A model generated the notes under the pieces. It was not told the DNA's origin. It ran no database searches and was given only the letters and a program-made list of their open reading frames with translations. A DNA stretch of 64,000 bases from positions 62,001 to 126,000 of IMG/VR virus record IMGVR_UViG_3300009184_000029, one strand, 5' to 3'. Both the position numbers and the translations under genes were made by a program. Position 1 is the first letter of the stretch; the number at the start of each line of letters is the position of its first letter. Shown in pieces: positions 29,035 through 39,548 of this stretch.

Positions 29035-30008
29035 TATTTAATTGTATAATAATCCATCCAGTAGTCAATCATTTCATCTAACATTGACTCAAATGTATAG
29101 TCATGTAACCAACCTGTTTTAATTTTTAATTTTGAACAGTCTCCTTTTAAATCGTGTAATTCTTCAGGTCTTAAAAATTTTTCATCTTGTTTAACATATT
29201 CAGACCAATTTAGACTTAATCTTGTAAAAACATAATTGACAAGTTCTTTCACTGAATGAGATATTCCTGTTGAACAAACAAAATCATCGGGTTCATCTAA
29301 TTGTAATATTTCCCACATTGCCTTAACATAATCTTTAGCGTGTCCCCAGTCACGAGTAGCGTCAAGATTACCCAATTTAAGTTCATTGGATAGTCCTAAT
29401 TTAATCTTAACCGCTTCTTTACATACTTTATTAGTTACAAAGTTTGTTCCCCTTCTTGGGGATTCATGATTAAATAAAATCCCATTTGAAATAAACATTC
29501 CGTAAGAATTTCTATAATTACGACAAATGTTATAACTGAATACCTTAGCACACCCGTATGGGGACACAGGATTCATTGGAGTAGTTTCTCTTTGATATCC
29601 ATCTGAGTCAATTGAATTACCAAACATTTCTGAAGAAGATGCTTGATATATTTTTGTGTCAGGCTTAATTAATTTAACCGCCTCTAAAAGATTTAAAGTT
29701 CCTAATCCTGTTACATTTGTTGTGTAAATTGGTTGGTCAAATGAAATTCTAACATGTGATTGAGCAGCTAAATTATATATCTCATCTGGCATTATTTTCT
29801 GAACTACTGATATTAGTGAAGACATGTCAGTTAAGTCCGCATAGTGAAGTTTTATCTTAGTATAAACATTATCCAATCTTGATGTTTGGTTTTCGGCAAC
29901 TGAATTTCTTTTTAAAGTTCCGTGAACTTCATACCCTTTTTCTAATAAAAATTCACTCAAATATGACCCATCTTGGCCATTTATTCCTGTTATTAATGCT
30001 TTTTTCAT
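29034..30008 (-). CDS. gmd: GDP-mannose 4,6-dehydratase
   Basis: ALITGINGQDGSYL, YNLAAQSHV..SF, YQASSSEMFG, SPYGCAK, GILFNHESPRRG.NFVT, RDWGHAKDYV. Confidence 0.96.
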   Translation of the reverse strand: MKKALITGINGQDGSYLSEFLLEKGYEVHGTLKRNSVAENQTSRLDNVYTKIKLHYADLTDMSSLISVVQKIMPDEIYNLAAQSHVRISFDQPIYTTNVTGLGTLNLLEAVKLIKPDTKIYQASSSEMFGNSIDSDGYQRETTPMNPVSPYGCAKVFSYNICRNYRNSYGMFISNGILFNHESPRRGTNFVTNKVCKEAVKIKLGLSNELKLGNLDATRDWGHAKDYVKAMWEILQLDEPDDFVCSTGISHSVKELVNYVFTRLSLNWSEYVKQDEKFLRPEELHDLKGDCSKLKIKTGWLHDYTFESMLDEMIDYWMDYYTIK

Positions 30009-30874
30009 TGTTTAATATAATCTCTATAGTTTTCAATATTATTTAAAAGATACGATGGGTAAGTGTCGTCAATTGACACCTTTAAAAGTTTACCTCGAAA
30101 AAACGGGTCATTTTCCTCAACAATATTATTTTCAACACTTGATAATATATAAGGATTATTAAATTCTTGATGGGAATATGCATCAATTTTTGTTTTAACT
30201 CTTTCAGGACCTCCCATAAAACTAAAATGCCAACCACCACTCTCAACAATATTAGTCGTGTGTTTATTTTGTCTAATTAGATTAATCGATTTATTTTTTA
30301 AATTGCCGTAAGACAAACATTTAGTACCACTCCAATTATATTCTTTTAATAAATTAAAGTAATAATAATATGTGGTTTGTTTAAAATCGAAAATTGAATT
30401 TAAAATTGAATTTTTTAGTTTTAAAATTTCGTCAGGATTTGGTATTTCATCTAAATCTGATATTAATACTATATCGTCATCAGAACATCCAATCATACCA
30501 TAAAACATGGATTCTCTTTGGTAAGTTTCTCTACCCCATTGTTTTTCATGCCTTCCCCATCCTTCAGATGATTCTACATATTTTAAAATTCTGTTTTTAA
30601 CATTATCCACATCACTTAATGGATTTGATACATATGGTAAATTAATAAAATCATCAGGAGTGTCATTAACAATCACATGAATTATTTTATCTTCAAATTT
30701 TTTAAATTTGTCTTTATTTTCATTAAAAAATAATGGTTTTTCCTTACCTGAAAAAGTTACCGTAGATTCAACTATTACAAATTTATCAACAATATCATTA
30801 AGTATTTCTAATCTTAATTCCAATATATCTAATTCGTTAAAAAATAAAAAACAGTCGTATATTTTATTCATCAT
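30005..30874 (-). CDS. glycosyltransferase family 17-like (MGAT3-type)
   Basis: IYDCFLFFNELDILELRL, ISDLDEIP, GWHFSF. Confidence 0.88.
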   Translation of the reverse strand: MMNKIYDCFLFFNELDILELRLEILNDIVDKFVIVESTVTFSGKEKPLFFNENKDKFKKFEDKIIHVIVNDTPDDFINLPYVSNPLSDVDNVKNRILKYVESSEGWGRHEKQWGRETYQRESMFYGMIGCSDDDIVLISDLDEIPNPDEILKLKNSILNSIFDFKQTTYYYYFNLLKEYNWSGTKCLSYGNLKNKSINLIRQNKHTTNIVESGGWHFSFMGGPERVKTKIDAYSHQEFNNPYILSSVENNIVEENDPFFRGKLLKVSIDDTYPSYLLNNIENYRDYIKQ

Positions 30875-31782
30875 ATTAAATTTTTAGATTTATAATATTC
30901 TAATGCTTGGTTTTTACAGGTTTGATAATCAAACAATTGACCATCCCTATCCATATATGTAAATCCTCGAGTATACACATCACCAGTTGCCCAATAACCA
31001 TCACTAACATTATGTCTTGACCAATATTTTGGAGCAATCACTTTGTTTACATTTTGATTTAACCAAGCCGGCCACCAACCAAATGTTGAGTTAGAAATTA
31101 TTAACCATTTTGCTTTATAGATTAAATAAAAATCAAATCCTATTTCATCATGTATTGTAGGAATATCAAATGGCATATACATTCTTGCACAATTTGGGTC
31201 ATCAGTTACCACTAAAAATTTCATATTGGGGTTAATTGAGACCATATGGTTTATTGAGTCCCTCCAATATTCTCTTCTTAATATAACATTTGGTATATTT
31301 TGATATTCACCACCTCTAAAATTTAAAATACATAAATTATCATCAAGAACAATTGATAAATCATTTAATTTTTTTTCGTATTTATTTATATATTCTCGTT
31401 TAATTTTAAACCAATTCAGTATATCAGGTTTTTTTTCAATTAAGTAATCTTCACATTGATAAATTCCGCCTAATGCCCCATTATCTCCAATTAATTTAGT
31501 ATTATCACTAATCCCATAAACTCTTGGGTCAAACATTGTTATGTTTACATTATCATAGTGATGATATGTAATCCATCTTTCATGAAATTCGGTAAAGTCT
31601 CCAGTGACTTCTTTACCGAAATCAACATCCATAAAATACATTTGATTCATCCCGCCATAATAATCGTGACTTGGGGTTGGATTAATTCCCCACTCAAATC
31701 CTAATTTTTCGGCAACCGCTCTACAAACAGAATATTGCCACATATGGTTTCCAAAATTACCAGTTAAATTTGTAGTTATCAT
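30871..31782 (-). CDS. glycosyltransferase family 11 (alpha-1,2-fucosyltransferase-like)
   Basis: GNFGNHMWQY, NFRGGEY, IISNSTFGWWPAWL. Confidence 0.88.
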   Translation of the reverse strand: MITTNLTGNFGNHMWQYSVCRAVAEKLGFEWGINPTPSHDYYGGMNQMYFMDVDFGKEVTGDFTEFHERWITYHHYDNVNITMFDPRVYGISDNTKLIGDNGALGGIYQCEDYLIEKKPDILNWFKIKREYINKYEKKLNDLSIVLDDNLCILNFRGGEYQNIPNVILRREYWRDSINHMVSINPNMKFLVVTDDPNCARMYMPFDIPTIHDEIGFDFYLIYKAKWLIISNSTFGWWPAWLNQNVNKVIAPKYWSRHNVSDGYWATGDVYTRGFTYMDRDGQLFDYQTCKNQALEYYKSKNLI

Positions 31783-31783
31783 T

Positions 31784-32491
31784 CTAAATATTTCTATATT
31801 GTTCCTTAATTGTAAAATTATTACTGAACAAAGTAAACATTGCTCTCTCTAAAAGATATGCTTCTCCTGGTTGAACATGCCAAGACACATAATGTCTCAT
31901 AGTCTCATAAAAATGTTTATTATATTTTAGAATGTCTTTTTTTGGTATGATGTGGTTTCCACCAGGGGCGAACCTAATATATTCTCCAAATACAGGATTT
32001 TCAAATATACTGAGTAACATTTCTCGATAATTAAAAATATATTTACATTTATGAATTCTTGCAACAGTCGCATCAACCTCAATAGGTTTTTCATGATATG
32101 CGTCAGTCTCATCTACAAATGAATATATATTAGGACTGTGTCTCGGGTGGTCCCTTATATAGTTTTCAATTGTTGTAAATTCAGTGTTATTTATAATATT
32201 TTTAAATTTTTCAAATCCACAATGTCTGGGGATGACATTTCCTTTACAAAAAATAATTACTTCAGGTAAATTTTCATAATTTGTTACAATGAAATCAAAT
32301 ATGTCATAAATGTTTGCCCCGACATTAATTTGGTGTTTTATTTTTTCTGACGGTGTAAATCGGTGAGCTCTATCGTAAATTAAATAATTGTCAGTGTACT
32401 CCTCCACCCAAGATTGACTTAAATCTTCAGGTAAAAAATTAAAATCTGTAACTACTAAAAACGCTCCTGATGTTATAATTTTATTAGACAT
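31784..32491 (-). CDS. DUF3431-like protein
   Basis: NVGANIYD..DFIV.NY.NLP...IF; start moved to ATG 32491, just after the upstream stop. Confidence 0.65.
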   Translation of the reverse strand: MSNKIITSGAFLVVTDFNFLPEDLSQSWVEEYTDNYLIYDRAHRFTPSEKIKHQINVGANIYDIFDFIVTNYENLPEVIIFCKGNVIPRHCGFEKFKNIINNTEFTTIENYIRDHPRHSPNIYSFVDETDAYHEKPIEVDATVARIHKCKYIFNYREMLLSIFENPVFGEYIRFAPGGNHIIPKKDILKYNKHFYETMRHYVSWHVQPGEAYLLERAMFTLFSNNFTIKEQYRNI

Positions 32492-32492
32492 G

Positions 32493-33380
32493 TTATGAAA
32501 AATATTTAAAATTTGTTTTATCAAATTTTGTATATAGACCAAAACAGGTCATTTGTCCCCACAATGGAAGATGTACATCATCTGCAATACCGAAAAATAA
32601 TGAACTCAATGCAAAATTACTTCTTGATAATATTACAGTTTCTGAATTACATAAAAGAAATAAATCATAACATGGGTCATCATTTGAAATATATCGATAT
32701 GGTAATTCAGGAATATATTCACCTGGATTAGTTACAATAATGACTTCGTGATTTGGTTTATTTATTAATACCTCTTCAATAACTTTTTTTATTTTAATTG
32801 GGGGCAAAGGGGATTGATTATTAAATTCAGGATGAGTTTGTCTAAATTTAACATCGAATTCAACATCTGGGATTAAACCACTTTCAATATGATTTTTAAA
32901 ATGATTTGCACATACTGAACCATCGTAATCAGGTCGACCTTTAACATCCTCAAGTCTAAGATGAATTAAAATTGTTTTTTTTGGGTCAAATGGAATTTCA
33001 TAATTCATTGATTTCCCATACTCCATAAATTTTTGTTTAAACTCTTCCGAGTAAACATTGTTTTTAAAATATGTAAAAAAATCTGTTTCTAAATTTAATA
33101 ATGTCTTTGACCATACAGTATAATGTGTTGGGGCTGCCAAATCAATCTCTTGAGTAAAATCCTCTGAAGTAAGTTTACTATTATGTAAATCAATAATGTC
33201 AAATAATATTTGTAAAAAAATAGTAGTATTGTATGATTGATTATATGAGTTATATATTCTTAAATGTGTCCTATGATATTTTACATATATGTCATTATTT
33301 ATTGAGTATAAAATTTGAGAAATAATGTCCCCAATATTTCCACCTAACCTATCGCTAGACCCAAATAAATCTGTAAACAT
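32493..33380 (-). CDS. divergent GT11/GT23-like glycosyltransferase
   Basis: DRLGGNI N-terminus, IHLRLED, DLFLL...VILSRSNF. Confidence 0.6.
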   Translation of the reverse strand: MFTDLFGSSDRLGGNIGDIISQILYSINNDIYVKYHRTHLRIYNSYNQSYNTTIFLQILFDIIDLHNSKLTSEDFTQEIDLAAPTHYTVWSKTLLNLETDFFTYFKNNVYSEEFKQKFMEYGKSMNYEIPFDPKKTILIHLRLEDVKGRPDYDGSVCANHFKNHIESGLIPDVEFDVKFRQTHPEFNNQSPLPPIKIKKVIEEVLINKPNHEVIIVTNPGEYIPELPYRYISNDDPCYDLFLLCNSETVILSRSNFALSSLFFGIADDVHLPLWGQMTCFGLYTKFDKTNFKYFS

Positions 33381-33382
33381 AG

Positions 33383-34006
33383 TTATATCTTTTTAAAAAT
33401 TGCGGTTAAAATGTTAGGAGTTAAATTTTTATCAACTCTAATATTATCTTCTAAATTACAATAATTTAACATACTATATCCTTGTCGATTCATAAACTTT
33501 TCAAGAGATTTTTCATTAAAATGAAAAATATGTTCATTAGGTTTTCGATGTTTCCAATTAGTAAACCATTCATCGTCCAATCCATTATGACACCATGGTA
33601 AACTAATAACAACATATGTGCATTTTAAATTTTTAACAAATTCAATATCGTGAAAATGTTCTAAACAATCAAAAAATGTGATAACCTCTACTTCTTTATC
33701 TAATATATTTTTAACAAATTCAATTCCGTCAGGTAATGGATATGCGGGTTCAATATCATTACCGTATAAATTGTTTATTAAATTTTTACAAGAGTCTAAA
33801 AAATACCCGTTACCATATCCAACATCCATTAATGAATTTGGTACTTTACCAATTGAACCAATTATATATCCTAGTCTAAGATTTTCTATATTTCTAGTCT
33901 GATTAAACATACCATATCTATCACCATATGATTTGTCATAAATAAATTGTTCTTTTATTATTTGTTCAATAACACCATCTTGTGTTAGTCTGTAATTTTC
34001 AATCAT
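33383..34006 (-). CDS. class I SAM-dependent methyltransferase
   Basis: LMDVGYGNGYF motif I; TFFDCLEHF. Confidence 0.88.
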   Translation of the reverse strand: MIENYRLTQDGVIEQIIKEQFIYDKSYGDRYGMFNQTRNIENLRLGYIIGSIGKVPNSLMDVGYGNGYFLDSCKNLINNLYGNDIEPAYPLPDGIEFVKNILDKEVEVITFFDCLEHFHDIEFVKNLKCTYVVISLPWCHNGLDDEWFTNWKHRKPNEHIFHFNEKSLEKFMNRQGYSMLNYCNLEDNIRVDKNLTPNILTAIFKKI

Positions 34007-34007
34007 T

Positions 34008-34763
34008 TTAAATCATTATATATTTTATGTTATCATACCAATAGTATGATTTATTTGTTATTCCCCATCCTTCAGGACATTTGTCATCAATTATTTTTTT
34101 AAAACACTCAATATCCAAGTCATTTTTGTAGTAATTTTTTATTGATGACGATAAAATTGAACTTCCAGACCAAACACACATGAATTTTTTACATGAAAAA
34201 ATTAAATCAACATAATGAAAAATATTTTTAGTGGTAATAAATTCAACAACTAAATCAGAAAAAAAATCATCAGGGACTACTAAATTAGGGTAGTCATTTG
34301 TTAAAATAACTAAAAATTTTTCATTTTTATATGTTAATAAATGAGATTTTATTTTTTCATTATCATACTCTTTAACTGATACACTGTTTAAATCTAAAAC
34401 TATATAATCATTAAATTCATTTATATTATTTGGTTGGTAATATATTTTAGCGTATTTACTTTCATTATTTACCCCATAAATTAATTCGATATTTTTATGT
34501 GTTGTAAATTCTTTATTAAAATCGACCGTGTCAGAAACCCCCCAGTTATCTAAATGTCCACAGTTTGCGTTTTCAGAGGTAATACCAATAACATGTGGAT
34601 TGGTGCCCCATACTAAATCATAAATTTCCTGACTTCTAAATAATGATTTATCACTTATGTAAAATTCATACCCTAAATTTGTAAATATTTCGGGTAATGT
34701 TGAGAAAGATAAATGGTCCCCAAGTCCTCCCCAATTAACATATAATATTTTTTTTTCCATCAC
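34008..34763 (-). CDS. putative GT-B glycosyltransferase (GT9-like GGLGD)
   Basis: N-terminal WGGLGDHL; context. Confidence 0.5.
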   Translation of the reverse strand: MMEKKILYVNWGGLGDHLSFSTLPEIFTNLGYEFYISDKSLFRSQEIYDLVWGTNPHVIGITSENANCGHLDNWGVSDTVDFNKEFTTHKNIELIYGVNNESKYAKIYYQPNNINEFNDYIVLDLNSVSVKEYDNEKIKSHLLTYKNEKFLVILTNDYPNLVVPDDFFSDLVVEFITTKNIFHYVDLIFSCKKFMCVWSGSSILSSSIKNYYKNDLDIECFKKIIDDKCPEGWGITNKSYYWYDNIKYIMI

Positions 34764-35527
34764 TCTTTTGGATATAAAAAATCTTTAGCAAATGTATCTT
34801 CAATTTCATTATAATTGTTTTCGTTAAAAGTTTCAATTGGTTTTTTTATATTTATATTATCAACACCTCCTCTTTCTCTTTTAATTAAAAATTCAGGATA
34901 AGTTCTTATATAATAATGGTTTAGTTGGGCGATTTCATCGTTTGCAAAATAATTAAATGGCCCCGACCCTTGATTAAAATGAGTATCCATCCATAAATTA
35001 CCGCACCAATGAATGTGATGTTCAGTATGTGGGACTAATTTACAAATACTTTTAAACTGAGAATGTAATGTTTTTTTTCTTTTGGTAAATCGTTTAAGTT
35101 GACTTGTATAAGTTTCATCAAATGTATTTAATCCATTATCCCCAAACATTGCCCAATTTATTACTAAACAATTACAATTATCATAATTATTTATAAAATC
35201 TTGAACATTTTTATGTTTTTTTAATACTAAAAATTCGTCAATATCGAAAAACGCAGCCCATTCATATTCTTCGTAGTAATTTTCAGCAAATTCAGCAAAA
35301 CATTTAGATTGTATATTTCTTACCCATAACGGTTCATCACTCATGTAAGAAAAACCATCATATTCATGTAAATGAACATTTTTGTGTGAAGTATTATTTT
35401 CCCATCTCCAATTATTTTGAAATATGTGTATATCGTCAAATCCTAATTTAACATTATAATCAATCCATTCTTGAATATATAGTTCATCTTTATGTGCTAA
35501 AGTAACTAACGCAATTTTTTTTTTCAT
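34760..35527 (-). CDS. GT-A glycosyltransferase (GT92/GT2-like)
   Basis: EELYIQEWI-like start, FFDIDEFL, INWAMFG, FKSI, LNHYY. Confidence 0.85.
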   Translation of the reverse strand: MKKKIALVTLAHKDELYIQEWIDYNVKLGFDDIHIFQNNWRWENNTSHKNVHLHEYDGFSYMSDEPLWVRNIQSKCFAEFAENYYEEYEWAAFFDIDEFLVLKKHKNVQDFINNYDNCNCLVINWAMFGDNGLNTFDETYTSQLKRFTKRKKTLHSQFKSICKLVPHTEHHIHWCGNLWMDTHFNQGSGPFNYFANDEIAQLNHYYIRTYPEFLIKRERGGVDNINIKKPIETFNENNYNEIEDTFAKDFLYPKE

Positions 35528-35530
35528 TTT

Positions 35531-36190
35531 TTAAAATTTTGGATAACTTGAATTTGTCCCCATGTAGTTATGAAACGCGAATGGTTTAATTCCTTGTATT
35601 TCAGGTATCATACTTTCGTGTGAAAAATATTTTGCAATGTCTATGTCTGCAAACTTACATCCCTGTTCGATATATTTATGTCTGTAATGAGCACAAATAA
35701 AACCATCCTCATTTGTGTATCCATAAAATGATTTCCATTCTAAGTTAATATTGTTTGCAACATCAAGTAATTTTTTACTTCTTAATGAAACACTATTACC
35801 TTGTCTAATAATGTTCCCATGAATATCTCGATATGATATATCGTCAGTAGGTAGTGGAAATGGGGCACCAATATAATCGTAGTCTAAAAAATCATCTCTC
35901 CATGATTGGGGATTAACTATAAAACCATTATCATGAATTAAAATCGCATAATCAGTATCAACATGTTTCGGTAAATTATAAATTATATTATAATTCCACT
36001 CATCAATATTTGAACTTTTTTCTGTAAATTCATGTTTGATATATGTTGGTAAATTTTCAGGTTTAATATCTGAAGCAATTTTAACATCTCCAAATTTAAT
36101 ATTTCTACAACTATACTCTAAAGCTTGAATTGTTTGAGGTATTCTTACACTTGTTAGCGCAATTAAAGTTATATTACTTAGATTAATCAT
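35531..36190 (-). CDS. DUF5672-like putative glycosyltransferase
   Basis: ILIHDNGF...W.D.FL.YDYIGAP, GN..SLRSKKLL, NEDGF, FS.E, FAFH. Confidence 0.75.
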   Translation of the reverse strand: MINLSNITLIALTSVRIPQTIQALEYSCRNIKFGDVKIASDIKPENLPTYIKHEFTEKSSNIDEWNYNIIYNLPKHVDTDYAILIHDNGFIVNPQSWRDDFLDYDYIGAPFPLPTDDISYRDIHGNIIRQGNSVSLRSKKLLDVANNINLEWKSFYGYTNEDGFICAHYRHKYIEQGCKFADIDIAKYFSHESMIPEIQGIKPFAFHNYMGTNSSYPKF

Positions 36191-36197
36191 AATTTTA

Positions 36198-36830
36198 TTA
36201 TATTTGATTTACTCTTTCTAAAACAGTTAATCCATTATTATTTGTATAATGTTCTTTGATTACCCAATTTTTATTTCTATCTAAAAAATCCATCATTGCG
36301 GTATACAAACCTCTTTTAATAACTTTTTCGTTTGAAATTTTAGGAGAAATTTGACCGTTTTGATAAAAATCTTCATCAGTATAACCAAAAGTTACGGTAT
36401 CATGTAAAATTATCCATTTTTTAACTTTTATTTCATGCTTATCCAACTCTTTGCTTAATTGGTTATATGTGTGTAAAGTATCAATAAATAATAAATCAGT
36501 TTCATCTATCTCAATAGAAAGTACATCTCCTAAAATAAATTCAAAATCACAATTACAATTTTTTGCAAATTCATTTGTCTCATTTTCATATGGTTTGAAA
36601 AAATGATAATTTAAATCTATTGATTTAACTTTTTTTGGTTTTCCAAGTATTAAGGCTAAAGTTGAAATTGCAAATCTAGTGCCCATTTCTGTAACTACTT
36701 CACATTTTGAGGAATACTCTTTTAATGTTGGTAGATGTTCATTAATATCAACCATACCTCTACCGTATAATATATGGTTAGGAAATTGTAACTTACAAAT
36801 TTTGTCAAAATGAATTTCTGGTGTCTCCAT
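36198..36830 (-). CDS. class I SAM methyltransferase (Methyltransf_24-like)
   Basis: INEHLPTL, EMGTR, DLLFIDTLHTY, ILHDT, NNNGLTVL. Confidence 0.85.
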   Translation of the reverse strand: METPEIHFDKICKLQFPNHILYGRGMVDINEHLPTLKEYSSKCEVVTEMGTRFAISTLALILGKPKKVKSIDLNYHFFKPYENETNEFAKNCNCDFEFILGDVLSIEIDETDLLFIDTLHTYNQLSKELDKHEIKVKKWIILHDTVTFGYTDEDFYQNGQISPKISNEKVIKRGLYTAMMDFLDRNKNWVIKEHYTNNNGLTVLERVNQI

Positions 36831-36835
36831 TGTTT

Positions 36836-37540
36836 TTATGAATTATATTTTTTATTTACTATATTTAAATCTTTTATTTTTCTGTCTTCTTTAATTGTTG
36901 TGGTTAATTGGTCAGAACTTGTTCTATTTACGACTGTAATTGATTCAGAAATCAACGGCTCACCGTAAAGTAAATAAAGTTTCTGATAAAAATCACAATC
37001 CATTAACCAAATTAAATTTTCATCAAATAATGGAATATTTTTATTTTTCACAGTAAGTCCGCTGGGACCACCTAAAGAGTTATTACCTGACCAAACTGAT
37101 TCATTCCATCTTGGGGTATATAAATTATATAAATTTACCCCATCTTTTGTATGATAAAATTTTGTAAAAAACCAAAATATATTTTTATTTTGCATTATAA
37201 AATTATATTGATTTTCTAATGAAGAATAGTCATACAAAAAATCATCCTGAAACAAAATTTTAATCCATTCACCTGAACAATTTGCAATTGCGTTATTAAT
37301 ATTTGGAGAATGTGAATTAAAACTATGTTCGTTATTTTTTACATATTTAATATGTAATTTTTTTGACCACAATTCACAAAATTTTTGAATTTCATTATTT
37401 TTGCTATCATCAGATATCACCACTTCAAAGTTTTTAAAAGTTTGCTCATTAAGTAATTCAAAATTTTTATTTAAATACTCAATTCCTTTATCATTAAACT
37501 CATATGTTGGTATTGCAATTGAAAAGAAAAAAACACTCAT
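36836..37540 (-). CDS. glycosyltransferase family 2
   Basis: SIAIPTYE, EVVISDDS, KILFQDDF. Confidence 0.88.
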   Translation of the reverse strand: MSVFFFSIAIPTYEFNDKGIEYLNKNFELLNEQTFKNFEVVISDDSKNNEIQKFCELWSKKLHIKYVKNNEHSFNSHSPNINNAIANCSGEWIKILFQDDFLYDYSSLENQYNFIMQNKNIFWFFTKFYHTKDGVNLYNLYTPRWNESVWSGNNSLGGPSGLTVKNKNIPLFDENLIWLMDCDFYQKLYLLYGEPLISESITVVNRTSSDQLTTTIKEDRKIKDLNIVNKKYNS

Positions 37541-37546
37541 ATTAAA

Positions 37547-38233
37547 TTATAATATTTTTTTTAATTTTTGTAAACCCATTGTAGTATCTGAGGGTACATT
37601 TAATGGTTTAAGAATTGGTACAACAATTGAAGTTTTTATTGCCAAATCGTAAATTGATTTTGATTCCGTACCCACATTATAAACTCCATTTTCATTTTTT
37701 AAAATTAATCTAATGACAAGTGATGAAATAATGTCAACATAATCACAATTTGTTTTAATGTCTGTCCAAGCTTTATCGTATGGGAATGGATTTGGTTTAT
37801 GTGATAATCTACAAATTAAATAATTATTACATTTTAATTGGACATGCCCGTCAGATAAAAGTTTTGTATAACCATACCATGTATTTAAATGTGATGGTAC
37901 ATCTTCTTCTGACGCATTCGGCACTGAATTAGCGTAAATATAATCAGTAGATATTTGAATTAATTTTTTATTAGTCTTATTACAATATTCGACTAACTCA
38001 TCAACAAATTTATAATTTATTAACCAATTAGAATTTTTATCATCGGAATAAGTTTTAGTAAATGCAATACAATTTAAAATTACACTATAATTTTCCATAT
38101 ATGGAATTAATGTTTCAAAATTTAAAACATCAATATTATTTTTTTTCCTTGAAATAAAATCCCAATTAGTTTGTCTGTAAATTTCAGACCCAAGTAACCC
38201 GTCTCCTAAAATTAATACTTTTAATTTATCCAT
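37547..38233 (-). CDS. RmlD-like NDP-4-keto-6-deoxysugar reductase (SDR)
   Basis: ILGDGLLGS, ISTDYIY, YGYTK (YxxxK). Confidence 0.85.
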   Translation of the reverse strand: MDKLKVLILGDGLLGSEIYRQTNWDFISRKKNNIDVLNFETLIPYMENYSVILNCIAFTKTYSDDKNSNWLINYKFVDELVEYCNKTNKKLIQISTDYIYANSVPNASEEDVPSHLNTWYGYTKLLSDGHVQLKCNNYLICRLSHKPNPFPYDKAWTDIKTNCDYVDIISSLVIRLILKNENGVYNVGTESKSIYDLAIKTSIVVPILKPLNVPSDTTMGLQKLKKIL

Positions 38234-39525
38234 TTTTGTTTAAATATATTTTCTACATATTCAAAAATATCTTCGTCATAATGAGGTGCAGCCCCTAAGA
38301 AAAAAACTCTATCCAAGACCATATTTGAATTTGGGTATTTATTAAAATCATCTAAATGAAAGTATCCCGGATGATATAAAATGTTGCCTGCAAAATAATT
38401 TCTAGTTTGTATTTTATTATCCTCAAGAAATTTAACTAAGGTGTCTTTTAATTCTTTATTTTCACAAATAAAAGGTGTTCCAAACCAGCATGTTTCAGAT
38501 TTAGTTAAAGAATTAACTCCTTTTACTCCTGTAACATATTTTACAATAATGTCCTGAATTCTTCTTTTACTATTTTTTCTTTTTGAATCTATTTCCTCAA
38601 ATTTTGATAACTGTACTAATCCAATTGACCCTTGTAAATCCATTGGCTTTAAATTATAACCCATGTTAGTAAAGACATATTTATGGTCAATAATTCCATT
38701 ATATGACTCTAACCAATTATCGAATCTATTTTTACAAGTACCACAAGACAACAAATTTGCAGAACCAACACAATAACAATCTCTTCCCCACCATGAGATA
38801 CTAACAAATAGTTTTTTTAAATCTTCAATATTAGTACAAATCATCCCACCTTCCCCTGTTGAAATGTGGTGAGCGGGATAAAAAGAACATGACCATGCAA
38901 TATAATAATCTGATATTGGTTTATTATCCCATTTTGTGCCTAATGTATCACAACTATCCCCTACTAATTTTAAATTATATTTTTCACATAATTCTTTTAA
39001 AAAATCCATATCAGGAGGATTCCCTAATACAGGAGAAACAAATATTGCTTTAGTTTTATCCGTAATCTTCTCTTCAATCTTTGTTACATCAAAATTTAAA
39101 GTTTCCCACTCAATATCAATAAAAACAGGTTTTAATCCATTTTGGACTATAGGAGCAATTGTTGTTGGAAATCCTACAGGAGAAACAATAATTTCATCCC
39201 CATCTTCCCATTTAAAAAACTTTTTAAGTGCGGTGATTAATACCAAATTTGCGGAACTACCTGAGTTCACCATATGAGAATACTTTACTCCAAATATTTT
39301 TGAAAACATATTTTCAAACTTGTGAACATTTTCACCTGCAACAATCCATTTTCCTGAAATTAAAGTGTTAATCGCTGAAAGTATTTCTTCATGGTCCCAA
39401 TAAGGTCCTGAATATAAAACTTGGCTTTTTCCTGGCACAAATTTTTGATTGTATAGATACTTAGGATTATTTAATATGATGTAATCCTTAATATCGTTTA
39501 ATAAATCTTCTATTTTTTTTGACAT
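38221..39525 (-). CDS. rfbH: RfbH/DdhC-type (E1) NDP-4-keto-6-deoxyhexose 3-dehydratase
   Basis: VNSGSSANL, SFYPAHHISTGEGG (His replaces the aminotransferase Lys), C-x57-C-x-C cluster ligands, YNLKP, LFAGN-like YFAGN. Confidence 0.88.
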   Translation of the reverse strand: MSKKIEDLLNDIKDYIILNNPKYLYNQKFVPGKSQVLYSGPYWDHEEILSAINTLISGKWIVAGENVHKFENMFSKIFGVKYSHMVNSGSSANLVLITALKKFFKWEDGDEIIVSPVGFPTTIAPIVQNGLKPVFIDIEWETLNFDVTKIEEKITDKTKAIFVSPVLGNPPDMDFLKELCEKYNLKLVGDSCDTLGTKWDNKPISDYYIAWSCSFYPAHHISTGEGGMICTNIEDLKKLFVSISWWGRDCYCVGSANLLSCGTCKNRFDNWLESYNGIIDHKYVFTNMGYNLKPMDLQGSIGLVQLSKFEEIDSKRKNSKRRIQDIIVKYVTGVKGVNSLTKSETCWFGTPFICENKELKDTLVKFLEDNKIQTRNYFAGNILYHPGYFHLDDFNKYPNSNMVLDRVFFLGAAPHYDEDIFEYVENIFKQKWIN

Positions 39526-39548
39526 ATTAAAATATATGTAATTCGTAG